Origin: Candidatus Cloacimonadales bacterium
GTDB lineage: Bacteria; Cloacimonadota; Cloacimonadia; Cloacimonadales; JAFGVF01
Assembly (NCBI GenBank): GCA_963677495.2
Contig: CAXXOU010000001.1
Coordinates: forward strand, 608,001 to 672,000
Direction of reading: 5' to 3'
Length of the DNA stretch: 64,000 nt
Part shown: positions 51,194 through 62,549 of the stretch, one piece after another
Layout of the letters: every line of letters starts with the position of its first letter
Position numbering within the stretch: position 1 is the stretch's first letter
Translations under genes and position numbers: made by a program
The notes under the pieces: model-generated
Told to the model about the DNA's origin: nothing
The model's database searches: none
Seen by the model: the letters and a program-made list of their open reading frames with translations, nothing else

Positions 51194-53677
51194 TTATTTT
51201 GCAACAACGATACTTACGATTTTCTTCTTAACGACGATTATCTTTTTAATTTCTTTTCCTTCCAGAGCTTGTTGCACTTTAGGGATAGCAAGAGCTACTT
51301 CTTTAATCGCTTCATCATCAGAGTCGGAAGATACATCAACTTTACCTCTGATTTTGCCGTTGATTTGAACAACAATAGTCATATTATTCTTCACAAGGAA
51401 CTTAGGATTATGAGCAGGAACACCGGCTTCATGAACGAAACCTTCGTTACCGGTCATCTTATAAAGTTCTTCAGAGATATGTGGAGCGAATGGGTAAAGC
51501 AATCTTACAATCATCATGCAAGCTTCAGCATAAACCATTTTTTCCTCATCACTGAGTGATTCAATCTCTTTAATTGAAGAAACCTTGTTAAGGTGCTCCA
51601 TAATTGCAGCAATTGCAGTGTTGAACTGCATTCTATTCTCAATATCATCACTCCAACGTTTCATCATTGTGTGAGTCGAGAATCTAAGCTCATCAATAGT
51701 TTTAGAGATCTTCACATCTTCTGCATAAGGTTTATTGAAAGCTTTAATAGTTTCAATATTACCTTCCACGAGACGCCATACTCTGTTCAAGAACCTGAAA
51801 GCTCCAACAACAGCATCATCGTTCCAATCAACATCTTTCTCCGGTGGTGATGCGAAGAGCATGAACACTCTGATTGTGTCAGAGCCATATCTATCAATGT
51901 ATTCCTGAGGGTCTACACCATTACCCTTTGACTTTGACATCTTGGAGCCTTGATTAAGAACCATACCTTGAGTAAGTAGTCTTGCAAACGGTTCATCACA
52001 GTTTACCATGCCAATATCTCTCAGGAACTTGTGGAAGAACCTTGCATAAATCAGATGCATACAAGCATGCTCGATACCACCGATATATTGGTCTACAGGC
52101 AACCATTGATTACCTCTCTCCTGTGAGAAAGGAAGACTTTCATTTTTAGGGTCAGCATAACGGGCAAAATACCAGGAACTATCTACGAAAGTATCCATAG
52201 TATCTGTCTCACGCTTAGCCGGTTCTCCACACTTTGGACATGTGCAGTTGACCCAATCTTCAACTGAAAGAAGCGGGTTATTTGTTGTTTTACCAACCTG
52301 TACGTTATCAGGAAGTCTAACCGGTAAATCTTCGTCCCGTACGAGTACTTCACCACATTTATCACAATAGATAACAGGGATTGGGTTACCCCAGTAACGC
52401 TGACGGGATACACCCCAGTCACGCAACCTGAATGTAACAGTTTCCTCTCCCATATCATTCTCTGCTATCCATGTTGAGATTGCTTTCTTAGATGCAACGC
52501 TGTCTTCATCATCGAACTTATCAGAATTCACAAGAACACCGGGTTCAATATATGCAGCTTCCATATCTTCCAGAACCAGTGATTTCTCGGGGTTCTGAAT
52601 AACCATCTTCATTGGAATTTCATACTTCTTTGCAAACTCAAAGTCTCTTTGATCATGAGCAGGAACTGCCATAACAGCACCGGTACCGTAGTCCATGAGA
52701 ACGTAGTTTGTCACCCAGATTTGTACTCTATCACCATTAACAGGATTTGTACAATAAAGACCGGTGAATACACCTTCTTTAGTTGTATCATCAGCACCAC
52801 GAGTAATCTTATCTTCGTTGAGTACCTTCTCGCAGAACTGAGCAAGTTTTGGGTCTACATTAGGGTCTCTAAGTAGAGCTCTTATTATATCATGTTCAGG
52901 TGGAAGTGCCATAAAGGTAACACCAAATATGGTATCTGGTCTGGTTGTGAAGACTTTCACTATCTCGTCAGAACCTTCCATTTTGAAGTTAATTTCTGTA
53001 CCGGTAGAGCGACCAATCCAGTTTTTCTGCATTGTCATCACTTTCTCAGGCCAATCAATCACTTTAGAGAAATCAAGAAGCTCTTCAGCATACTCAGTGA
53101 TTTTGAAGTACCACTGCTCCATCTCTTTCTGGCGAACAACACTACTACATCTCCAACATGATCCATCTTCTACCTGCTCGTTAGCGAGTACGGTTTGGCA
53201 ATCGTCACACCAGTTCACAAAAGATGACTTCTTATATACAAGTCCCTTTTCATAAAGACGTTTAAAAATCCACTGTCCCCATCTATAGTAATCAGGTGTA
53301 CAAGTAGCAACTTTTCTTTCCCAATCAAACCCGAATCCCATGGCAGTAAACTGACCTTGCATTATGTCCATGTTCTGCTCTGTTGTGATTCTTGGATGGG
53401 AGTTATGCTCAATCGCGAAGTTCTCAGCAGGCATACCGAAAGCATCGTATCCCATTGGCTGCATCACATTGAAACCTTGCATTAATTTATATCTTGATAT
53501 TGCATCACCGATTGAATAATTAGAAACATGTCCCATGTGTAATGCGCCTGACGGATAAGGGAACATTGATAAGACATAGTATTTGGGTTTTGTTGAATTA
53601 TCATCTGCGTTAAAAACTCGGTTCTCAATCCACTTATCTTGCCATTTCTTCTCAATGACTTCAAATGGGTATTCCAT
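51194..53677 (-). CDS. leuS: Leucine-tRNA ligase
   Basis: MFPYPSG.LHMGH, KMSKSKGN, CP1 editing domain. Confidence 0.99.
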   Translation of the reverse strand: MEYPFEVIEKKWQDKWIENRVFNADDNSTKPKYYVLSMFPYPSGALHMGHVSNYSIGDAISRYKLMQGFNVMQPMGYDAFGMPAENFAIEHNSHPRITTEQNMDIMQGQFTAMGFGFDWERKVATCTPDYYRWGQWIFKRLYEKGLVYKKSSFVNWCDDCQTVLANEQVEDGSCWRCSSVVRQKEMEQWYFKITEYAEELLDFSKVIDWPEKVMTMQKNWIGRSTGTEINFKMEGSDEIVKVFTTRPDTIFGVTFMALPPEHDIIRALLRDPNVDPKLAQFCEKVLNEDKITRGADDTTKEGVFTGLYCTNPVNGDRVQIWVTNYVLMDYGTGAVMAVPAHDQRDFEFAKKYEIPMKMVIQNPEKSLVLEDMEAAYIEPGVLVNSDKFDDEDSVASKKAISTWIAENDMGEETVTFRLRDWGVSRQRYWGNPIPVIYCDKCGEVLVRDEDLPVRLPDNVQVGKTTNNPLLSVEDWVNCTCPKCGEPAKRETDTMDTFVDSSWYFARYADPKNESLPFSQERGNQWLPVDQYIGGIEHACMHLIYARFFHKFLRDIGMVNCDEPFARLLTQGMVLNQGSKMSKSKGNGVDPQEYIDRYGSDTIRVFMLFASPPEKDVDWNDDAVVGAFRFLNRVWRLVEGNIETIKAFNKPYAEDVKISKTIDELRFSTHTMMKRWSDDIENRMQFNTAIAAIMEHLNKVSSIKEIESLSDEEKMVYAEACMMIVRLLYPFAPHISEELYKMTGNEGFVHEAGVPAHNPKFLVKNNMTIVVQINGKIRGKVDVSSDSDDEAIKEVALAIPKVQQALEGKEIKKIIVVKKKIVSIVVAK

Positions 53678-53976
53678 AATTCCTCCATCTGCTTTATATT
53701 CTTCTACAGTAATCCGTCTTCTGTAGAGAAAGCTTAATCAACTAAATACAATGAATAACTAACATTTAAGCATTAGAAATACAGTCAATTTCTTTTTCGA
53801 AGCTTACCCGGATATAGAGTTTGTCAAGACTGCATGTTCGATTATTATATACACATATCTCATAGTTGAGAGGAGATATGATTAACCGGATAGATGCTTC
53901 GGGATATTGTTAGATTGTTTGGTTTTGAATGGTGAAATTTCTTGATTAAACAATTGATTTAGAGCTATCCTAACCT

Positions 53977-54118
53977 CCTGAATTGTTTGCCTGCTCTGAA
54001 TCAGGTTTATCTCTCTATCCACAACTTAGAAATGTAAAGATATTGGCTAAGTCTAATATTAGGCTTAATCTACCTAATAATAAGAGTCCACTGATTTTGG
54101 GTCGGTGGACTCTTTTTT
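53977..54118 (+). ncRNA. Candidate orphan small RNA
   Basis: TTGATT-18-TATCCT promoter-like site at 53942-53971, internal hairpins, strong terminator at 54082-54118, no credible ORF. Confidence 0.35.
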
Positions 54119-54163
54119 ATATATGGATTAATAACAAGTCTTGCCTTAGCAGATCCCACAACA

Positions 54164-54372
54164 TTGTCACCCTGAGCGGAGTGAACGCAATGAAATGAGT
54201 GAACGCAGTCGAATGGGCCTTTCGGATACCTTTAGTGGATGTCGAATGGAGTATTGACTTATCTTCTTTTGTTTCCCTATAGGGAAAATGCTCTTTCTCA
54301 GATGGGAAACTAAAGTTATCGGAACGATACATTCGACTCCGTTCGCAAAACTCACTTCGTTCAGTATGACAA
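54164..54372. repeat. REP/MITE-like long inverted-repeat element
   Basis: Ends TTGTCACCCTGAGCGGAGTGA / TCACTTCGTTCAGTATGACAA; inner pair GTCGAATG / CATTCGAC. Confidence 0.75.
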
Positions 54373-54478
54373 CAAGTATGGTATTCGGATTTGCAGTAGC
54401 TAATCCCATATAATTGTCACATATCCATTTCGCTTCGCTCCACGCATTATTGCGATGAAAACAATAATGTATCATAAT

Positions 54479-54504
54479 AAAAAAAGGGCGGCCGGGAGGC
54501 CGCC
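54479..54504 (-). terminator. Strong terminator after the small ORF
   Basis: GGCGGCC-tccc-GGCCGCC-C-U7 on the minus strand. Confidence 0.85.
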
Positions 54505-54560
54505 AGTTTGGTAGTTAGGGAGATCCTTCTTGAGAGGTCTTTTCAAGAAAATTTTTATAT

Positions 54561-54623
54561 TTAATAGAAATATCGGATTAATAGCATTAAATCGTTTGTT
54601 TTCATAATCTCGGATACTTCCAT
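54561..54623 (-). CDS. Candidate 20-aa small protein / leader peptide MEVSEIMKTNDLMLLIRYFY
   Basis: AGGGGA RBS, TTGACA upstream (54674-54679), own terminator. Confidence 0.4.
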   Translation of the reverse strand: MEVSEIMKTNDLMLLIRYFY

Positions 54624-54747
54624 GTTTAATATTCCCCTTGAATATAACTGAAAATTATATGTTGGTTTAAACTTGTCAAGAACTTTTGTTACTCTTTTGC
54701 TTTTAATTAGTAACAATTACTGAAATGAATATTGATTCATACTCCTG

Positions 54748-55635
54748 CTAGCCCTCTACTTCTTTGGCTTTGAGCCTATATGTCCTTATATTTTCAATTG
54801 TGTAAATAATTACTGCGACCCAAATTAAACTGAAGCCAATTAGCTTACTCATTGGGAATGTCTCATCGTAAACAACTATCCCAATTAGCAATTGTAAAGT
54901 CGGGGCAATATATTGTAGAATCCCAAGCTGACTTAGACTGATCTTCTTTGCAGCAATTGAGAATAGAAGAAGTGGCAGACCGGTTACTGCTCCTGAACAA
55001 AAAAGCAGGAAAGTCATTGTTAAGTCATCAAAAGTAAAACTTCCTGCACCATTAAATCCGAGTATAATCAAGAATGCCAAAGCCGGTATAAACTGAAATC
55101 CGGTTTCAATAGCCATACCTTCTATACTAGGAAGCTTCACTCCCTTTTTAATTAAACCATAGAAACTAAAACTAAAGGCTAATATCAATCCCCTCCATGG
55201 CAATCTCCCAAACACAAATGTTAGATAAAGAACACCACAAACAGCCAGGACAATTGCTCCTAACTGAATCGGTTGTAGTTTCTCCTTCAATAAAATCACT
55301 CCCAGTGCAACAGCAACTAATGGATTGATAAAGTAACCTAAACTTGCTTCAACAACATGACCGTTTAAAACACAATAGATATATATAAACCAGTTAAAGG
55401 AGATGAAGGTAGCGCTTAAAGCATATCTCCAAAGCTGGTCGGGAGCCTTTTTTAGTTCTCTAAACACCTTCCAACTCTTTCTAAATGTGATCAAAGCTAA
55501 AAAGAATCCTAAAGACCAGACCATTCTATGTGCTAAAACTTCAATGGCAGGAAGCCCATCAAGCAGCTTCCAGAAGAGAGGTAACAACCCCCAAAGTATG
55601 TATGAGCTAAGTCCAATTAGTATTCCCGGATTCAT
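54748..55635 (-). CDS. rarD: RarD-family EamA transporter
   Basis: LAHRMVWS, EASLGYFINPL, QYIAPTLQ. Confidence 0.93.
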   Translation of the reverse strand: MNPGILIGLSSYILWGLLPLFWKLLDGLPAIEVLAHRMVWSLGFFLALITFRKSWKVFRELKKAPDQLWRYALSATFISFNWFIYIYCVLNGHVVEASLGYFINPLVAVALGVILLKEKLQPIQLGAIVLAVCGVLYLTFVFGRLPWRGLILAFSFSFYGLIKKGVKLPSIEGMAIETGFQFIPALAFLIILGFNGAGSFTFDDLTMTFLLFCSGAVTGLPLLLFSIAAKKISLSQLGILQYIAPTLQLLIGIVVYDETFPMSKLIGFSLIWVAVIIYTIENIRTYRLKAKEVEG

Positions 55636-55888
55636 CTTGCTACCTCTAAAATTTTATTATAAGTACACCTACTATTCAGAACATATACTGTCAACATGCA
55701 TATTGAAAACCAGAAAAACATGAAAATAGATATCCGTATAATCATTTATCTTCATCCGGTAAGACAGCTATTTTATATCTTGTAACTCTCAGCATTTGGA
55801 CTAATTACATATTATAGAATGCTTTTTTCATTGACCCTATCTATAGTTTCGAAATTAGTGAAAGAATAATAAATATGAAGGTGAATAA

Positions 55889-57226
55889 TTGACTATCATA
55901 AACTTACTGATATTTGGAATATCACTTGGTGTACTGGTTACAGTGCATGAATTTGGACATCTAATTGTTGCAAAGCTTTTTGGAGTGTATGTAGAGAAGT
56001 TTTCTATCGGATTTGGACCAAAGCTTATCGCATATAAAAGCAAAACTACTGAATACAGGCTTTCATTACTGCCACTAGGTGGATATGTTAAGATGAAAGG
56101 TGAGAACGCTGATGAGAAGAAGCCGGATGACGATTCTTTCTCGCAGATGGAGTGGTGGAAAAGAGCTCTTATCACACTGGGTGGTCCATTCTTTAATCTT
56201 ATTTTCGGATTCCTGCTTTTTGCCCTAATGTTTGGAATGGGAAAATCCTATGAAGACCATTTTCCGGTGATTGCAGAAGCTGATTCTCTATATGCAACTT
56301 ACTTCCAAGTTGATGATGAAATTCTAAGTGTAAATAATCATAGTATAAATGGTTTTAATCAGGTTCTTGAACATCTAAAATCAGATAATGAGAATAGATT
56401 TGAACTTGAAAGAGATGGGAATAAAATTGAGGTAGTTACTCAAGGTATCTCTCCAGAGAAGTGGGTAACATTCCTTAGACCTGAAATTCCACCTAAAGTG
56501 GGTGAAGTCTCTCCCGGGATGCCTGCTTACAGAGCCGGTTTGAAACCTGGTGATGAGATAATAGATGTTGATGGAAAGTCCGTATCAACCTGGTTGGAGA
56601 TGAGGAATGCTATTGTAAATAGTGATAAGACATCTCTTAACTTTAGGGTTAGAAGAGACAACATATTGCTTCAGAAAACTATCAACCTGGAAGAGAACGC
56701 CCTTTCAAATGGGCAGAAGATGATTGGTATAACTCAGTTCATGCCTGTGAAATATGAAGAGAGATACAATCCAATCGAGTGCATAGCTAATGCCGGAAAC
56801 ATGACAGCAAACTTTATTGTTGCTAACTATACCGGAATGTACTACCTGCTAAAGAATCCGCAAACCTTAAAATCAAGTGTTGGTGGACCTGTGATGATGT
56901 ACTCACTAGCACAACGCTCTACAAGTAAGGGATTAGACAACCTTATTGGGTTTGTAGCAGCTTTAAGTTTAATCTTGATGGTAATGAATCTATTACCAAT
57001 CCCGATATTAGATGGTGGTCAGTTCTTCTTCTATTTAATCGAAGGAATTACAGGCAAACCATTGTCAGTTAAAGTACAGATGTTCCTTCAACAAGTTGGA
57101 CTGTTTCTATTGTTATCGCTGATGGTTTTTGCTTTCTATAGTGATTTTAGTCAGATGTTTAAAAGAAACATGTCGATAAGATCAGACACAGCTAATGGCA
57201 AAGTGTCTACAGAGATAAAGGAGTAA
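55889..57226 (+). CDS. rseP: RIP metalloprotease RseP
   Basis: HEFGH, FSIGFGP, PDZ domains, NLLPIPILDGG. Confidence 0.96.
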   Translation: MTIINLLIFGISLGVLVTVHEFGHLIVAKLFGVYVEKFSIGFGPKLIAYKSKTTEYRLSLLPLGGYVKMKGENADEKKPDDDSFSQMEWWKRALITLGGPFFNLIFGFLLFALMFGMGKSYEDHFPVIAEADSLYATYFQVDDEILSVNNHSINGFNQVLEHLKSDNENRFELERDGNKIEVVTQGISPEKWVTFLRPEIPPKVGEVSPGMPAYRAGLKPGDEIIDVDGKSVSTWLEMRNAIVNSDKTSLNFRVRRDNILLQKTINLEENALSNGQKMIGITQFMPVKYEERYNPIECIANAGNMTANFIVANYTGMYYLLKNPQTLKSSVGGPVMMYSLAQRSTSKGLDNLIGFVAALSLILMVMNLLPIPILDGGQFFFYLIEGITGKPLSVKVQMFLQQVGLFLLLSLMVFAFYSDFSQMFKRNMSIRSDTANGKVSTEIKE

Positions 57227-58348
<1,122 letters not shown>

Positions 58349-58407
58349 ACTATTTCGATTATTATTTACTGTACAACAATGAATTATATATTGATTCGGG
58401 AGGAACT

Positions 58408-58884
58408 ATGATTAGAAAAGTTATGATTATATTGACTATGTTGTTAGCGATTCAACTCTTTGCTGAGAAACTCCCTATAGAAGTGTTTGAGCTTCCTAAA
58501 GATGCAGTCAGAATTGATGAGTTAAAAACTATAGATGGTAGAACTTTCTTGAATGATGAACCGTATACAGGCGTATCATATGATAGGTATGAGAACGACA
58601 AACTCAAAGAGGTAACTACTTACAAGAAGGGTATGCTTTGTGGACCTCAATATGAGTGGTATGAAACCGGAGAAAAGCTTCTCTCGACCAATTACAAGAT
58701 GGGTAAACTTAACGGAAGCTATACTGCTTGGTATCTAAATGGAGTATATATATATAATCTTGTTTTCCGTGACGGTAAGCTTAACTATGACACTCAGTTA
58801 AGTGAAGATGACAGCAGAGAAGAGACCGATGGTGACGAAGTAGAACTAGATACAGAAGCGGATAATGAAGTAAAGGGTAAATAG
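58408..58884 (+). CDS. Secreted MORN-variant repeat protein
   Basis: Signal peptide, YKKGMLCG..EWYETG / YKMGKLNG..AWYLNG repeats. Confidence 0.8.
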   Translation: MIRKVMIILTMLLAIQLFAEKLPIEVFELPKDAVRIDELKTIDGRTFLNDEPYTGVSYDRYENDKLKEVTTYKKGMLCGPQYEWYETGEKLLSTNYKMGKLNGSYTAWYLNGVYIYNLVFRDGKLNYDTQLSEDDSREETDGDEVELDTEADNEVKGK

Positions 58885-59697
58885 ATGTTAACAGTTAATG
58901 ATTTTCCAAAAATGAAAGCTAAAGGACAGCTGATTTCTTCTCTTACTGCTTATGACTACTCATCAGCAAAACTTGCTGAAGAAGCAGAAGTTGACTTTAT
59001 CTTAGTTGGTGACAGCCTGGGAATGGTTGTGTTAGGATATGAATCAACAATTCAAGTTACAATTGAAGACATTCTGCATCACACTAAAGCTGTTAGGCGC
59101 AGCACAAATAACACGTTCATTGTCGCTGACATGCCATATAAAAGCTATCATCTTTCTTTAGAGAAGACTAAAGAGAATGCTTTCAAGCTTATAGTTGAGG
59201 GTGGAGCTCATGCAGTTAAACTCGAAGGTGGTACAGAATCCCGCCTGGAAGCGATAAAAGCGATAGTTGATTGCGAGATTCCGGTTGTAGCACACTTAGG
59301 ACTCACCCCGCAGTCAGTTAACAAATTTGGGGGCTATAAAGTTCAGGGTAAAGGTGTCGCTCAATATGAGGAGATGGTTAAACAGGCTATCGAAGTGGAG
59401 AAAGCAGGAGCTTTCATGCTTGTGTTAGAAGGAATTCCTGAGAAACTTGGAAAAGAGATATCTGAAAAACTTACTATCCCAACTATTGGTATAGGTGCGG
59501 GAAGATATACTGATGGACAGATTTTAGTGTATCATGATATTCTCGGGTTGACAGATTTAGCTCCTAAGTTTTTAAAAAAGTATGCTGAGCTGGGCATCGA
59601 TATAAAATCAGCAATCATTAAGTACAATGAGGAAGTTAAAGATAGAAGCTTTCCTGAACAAAAGCATGTTTACTTCCCTATAGATAAAGAGGTTTAA
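58885..59697 (+). CDS. panB: 3-methyl-2-oxobutanoate hydroxymethyltransferase
   Basis: LTAYD, LVGDSLGM, VKLEGG, HLGLTPQ. Confidence 0.98.
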   Translation: MLTVNDFPKMKAKGQLISSLTAYDYSSAKLAEEAEVDFILVGDSLGMVVLGYESTIQVTIEDILHHTKAVRRSTNNTFIVADMPYKSYHLSLEKTKENAFKLIVEGGAHAVKLEGGTESRLEAIKAIVDCEIPVVAHLGLTPQSVNKFGGYKVQGKGVAQYEEMVKQAIEVEKAGAFMLVLEGIPEKLGKEISEKLTIPTIGIGAGRYTDGQILVYHDILGLTDLAPKFLKKYAELGIDIKSAIIKYNEEVKDRSFPEQKHVYFPIDKEV

Positions 59698-60324
59698 ATG
59701 GAAAATAAAGAGATATCAATGGAGATGACTCCACAAGAGAAGTTTGATTCAATCCACAATCTGAAGAAAACACTTGAAGAAAACTATCTAATGTTAGGTC
59801 AGATTCTCTCTGACGTGAAAAGAAAGGGTAGTTTCAAGATTAAGGGCTATAAATCTTTCAAAGAGTTTATCGAGAGTGAATACAATATGTCTTCAACTGT
59901 TGCTACAAAGCTTATTAATAACTATGAGCTTTTCGTAGAAGAGCTTGATATTGATGAAGAGACAGTTAAAGAGATTGGGCATGACCGTATGAATATGGTT
60001 AAGACCTTCGTTGACAAGGCTGAGAACTATGCTGAGCAGGAGGAATGGATCGAAACTGCCAAAGCTATGAATACAGCTGATTTGAAAGAGAAGATTAAAG
60101 AGATTAGGCAAACAGAAAAAGAGAATAAACGCTCATTCAAAGATCTACTCATTGAGCAATATTTAGAAAATATGGTTACCTACTTTAACTGCTCCCGTAA
60201 AGAACTTGATTTCAAACTTGCACTTTATTTCCAAGATGCAGATTTAGATGGCATTAAATCAATGATAAAAGAACGTCAGCGTCGCTTTGAAGATGAAGCT
60301 TCTCAAGGAGGTCAACCCCTTTAA
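59698..60324 (+). CDS. Hypothetical helical protein resembling DUF3102 / plasmid-partition (PF49-like) proteins
   Basis: LGQILSDVK...KGYKSFKEFIE..YNMS...A.KLI..Y pattern. Confidence 0.6.
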   Translation: MENKEISMEMTPQEKFDSIHNLKKTLEENYLMLGQILSDVKRKGSFKIKGYKSFKEFIESEYNMSSTVATKLINNYELFVEELDIDEETVKEIGHDRMNMVKTFVDKAENYAEQEEWIETAKAMNTADLKEKIKEIRQTEKENKRSFKDLLIEQYLENMVTYFNCSRKELDFKLALYFQDADLDGIKSMIKERQRRFEDEASQGGQPL

Positions 60325-60412
60325 TTTGTTCTGTTAGAATGTTTTTACCTTTATAAAGCTCAGGTCAGTTGAACCTGAAACTTACAATATTAATGATTAA
60401 AGGTAGGTATAT

Positions 60413-61969
60413 ATGCGAAATATGCGAATCCTATGGGTAGATGACGAAGTTCAATTTCTGAAACCTTTTGTTCTGTTTCTGGAGAAGAAGGGCTATGAAA
60501 CAATAACAGCATCAAACGGTACTGATGCGATAGATTTAGTGTTGAAAGAACGCTTTGATTTAGTTATTTTAGATGAAATGATGCCGGGACTTGATGGTTT
60601 GGCAACATTACAAGAGATAAAAAATATTAATGCCGGTTTACCAATAATCATGGTAACTAAGAGTGAAGAAGAGGGCTTAATGGATAAGGCAATTGCAAGC
60701 CAAATTGCTGATTACCTTATCAAACCAATTAATCCAAACCAGATTATCATGGCTATCAAGAAGATATTCCAGGCTGACGATATTAGACAGAACAAGATTG
60801 GTGAGGATTATGCTAAGTTTATGGGGAAGGTCAATGGAACCATAAACTCAATGCCAACATTTGAGGAGTGGTACAATATCTATAATCAATTTGTTGATTG
60901 GGATATGAAACTTGATGGAATTAGCGATCCTAGTATTAAGCAAACTCACTTTCTGGAGAAGCGTAATTGCAACTCTGAATTCTGTGTTTTTGTTGAAGAA
61001 AACTATAAGAAATGGTTACAATCTGATGACAGACCTAATCTTTCTTTTGATATTGTTAGTGAGTATGTAACACCTCTTCTCAAAACAGATAGACCAACTT
61101 ACTTTATTATCCTCGACTGCATGAGGTTCGACCAGTTCAGGGTGATGGAACCATATATCCAAAAATTGTTCAACACAGAGGTAAAGAGCTATTTCAGTAT
61201 CCTTCCTACTGCTACTCCATACTCCAGAAACTCAATCTTCAGTGGTCTGTTACCGGAAGATATAGCTAATAGATTCCCTGAGTATTGGGCAGACAGTAAT
61301 GATTTGGATAATAGTAGAAATAGAAACGAACATCAGCTTCTGGATGAGCTCTTGTATGACTTAGGACATAAAATAGATCCACCAAGTAAATATGTTAAGA
61401 TTTTCGATATGGAAGAGGGTAATTATGTCTTAAGGAAGATTAATACATGGGGTAAAGAGAAACTTGTTGTACTCGTATATAACTTCCTTGATTTGGTTGC
61501 ACATCACCGTTCTCAAGATACAATTCTTCAGGAAACCATTCCTGACGAAGAAGCGCTTCGTGCTTTCACAAAACATTGGTTCCTGCATTCATCATTGTAT
61601 GAAGCATTGAAACTGATGAAACAGCAAGGAGCTAATGTTGTGATAACAACTGACCACGGTTCTATTAAAGTAAATCGAGCAACTCAGATGGTTGGAGATA
61701 GAAGAGCATCAGTAACTCTCAGATATAAAGAGGGTAAAAACCTTACTTCTAACCCAAAACACTCATATTTCGTCAAAGATCCAAGGGATATGGGACTTCC
61801 GGCAAAGAGTATTGTAGACAACTTCTCATTCGCTAAGGATGACTACTATTTCGTCTATCCAAACCAGTTCCATCACTATCAACGCCAGTTTAATGGCACC
61901 TTCCAGCATGGTGGAATATCAATGGAAGAGATGATTCTCCCGGTTGCAATTCTAACCCCTAAAGATTAG
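60413..61969 (+). CDS. porX: PorX-like response regulator (receiver + PglZ/alkaline-phosphatase domain)
   Basis: ILWVDDE, VTKSEEE, YLIKPINPNQI, ILPTATPYSRNSIFSGL, TTDHG, FQHGGISMEE. Confidence 0.9.
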   Translation: MRNMRILWVDDEVQFLKPFVLFLEKKGYETITASNGTDAIDLVLKERFDLVILDEMMPGLDGLATLQEIKNINAGLPIIMVTKSEEEGLMDKAIASQIADYLIKPINPNQIIMAIKKIFQADDIRQNKIGEDYAKFMGKVNGTINSMPTFEEWYNIYNQFVDWDMKLDGISDPSIKQTHFLEKRNCNSEFCVFVEENYKKWLQSDDRPNLSFDIVSEYVTPLLKTDRPTYFIILDCMRFDQFRVMEPYIQKLFNTEVKSYFSILPTATPYSRNSIFSGLLPEDIANRFPEYWADSNDLDNSRNRNEHQLLDELLYDLGHKIDPPSKYVKIFDMEEGNYVLRKINTWGKEKLVVLVYNFLDLVAHHRSQDTILQETIPDEEALRAFTKHWFLHSSLYEALKLMKQQGANVVITTDHGSIKVNRATQMVGDRRASVTLRYKEGKNLTSNPKHSYFVKDPRDMGLPAKSIVDNFSFAKDDYYFVYPNQFHHYQRQFNGTFQHGGISMEEMILPVAILTPKD

Positions 61970-62159
61970 ATTATTCTTTAAATCATATATAGGCTGGTCA
62001 CTTATGTGTATCAGCCTTTTCCTTTGCTCCAATAATATCCTCCATTTCTACGATACTACTATAATACTATCATAAAGTCTATCGTGTTATTTTTCCATTT
62101 TGCATTTAGCATTTAGCATTTTGCATTTAGCAACTATCGTGCAACTTTATCTCTATCAC

Positions 62160-62313
62160 TTCTCTTTATCTAATCGCATCAAGAACCTCTTTGCACCGTT
62201 AAATAAGTTATGCACATGATGTGGATAACTTTAGGGGTTCATAGGGAGGGTCTAGGGAGGCTAAAGGGAGGGACAAGCGAGATTCTAGGTTTTTGAAGCG
62301 ATTAGGTTAAGGA
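62160..62313 (+). repeat. Family 1 element, copy 3
   Basis: TTATGCACA 62208-62216, TGTGGATAA 62220-62228, G-tract array; preceded by (GCATTTW)n 7-mers. Confidence 0.92.
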
Positions 62314-62549
62314 TCCCTAAAGACTCCAAGACTCCAAGAGATTCCAAAAGATTGCTGGATTTGCTTTACTTTGGAGCCCGGACATCCCTGTCCGGATTTG
62401 AATTTCTTTACTGGGAGCCAATTAGGTAAATAGCAAATGGATCTCCGCTTTCTAACATTATTAACAGAATAGTAATTTAGTTGACAAATATTATTTACCC
62501 CTGACAATATACATGTTTGGTTCAAACAAATCCTTTTGAAGGAGTTTCT

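Noticed and set aside
53680..53830. T-box riboswitch upstream of leuS
   Set aside because: A CTACAG/CTGTAG hairpin exists, but I find no T-box (GGTGGnACC) motif and no terminator.
53983..54475. Short track ORFs 53983-54198, 54117-54332, 54167-54475 (also 702-887, 3518-3721, 62307-62525)
   Set aside because: They run through terminators and palindromic repeats, lack an RBS and resemble no protein I recognise.
55636..55888. Gene-orientation switch as a replication origin
   Set aside because: No DnaA boxes seen; an ordinary divergent promoter region explains it, and skew cannot be computed here.
62098..62132. (GCATTTW)n 7-mers and AAGACTCC 8-mers (62320-62350) as phase-variation tracts
   Set aside because: Short, imperfect, and not clearly within a promoter or CDS.
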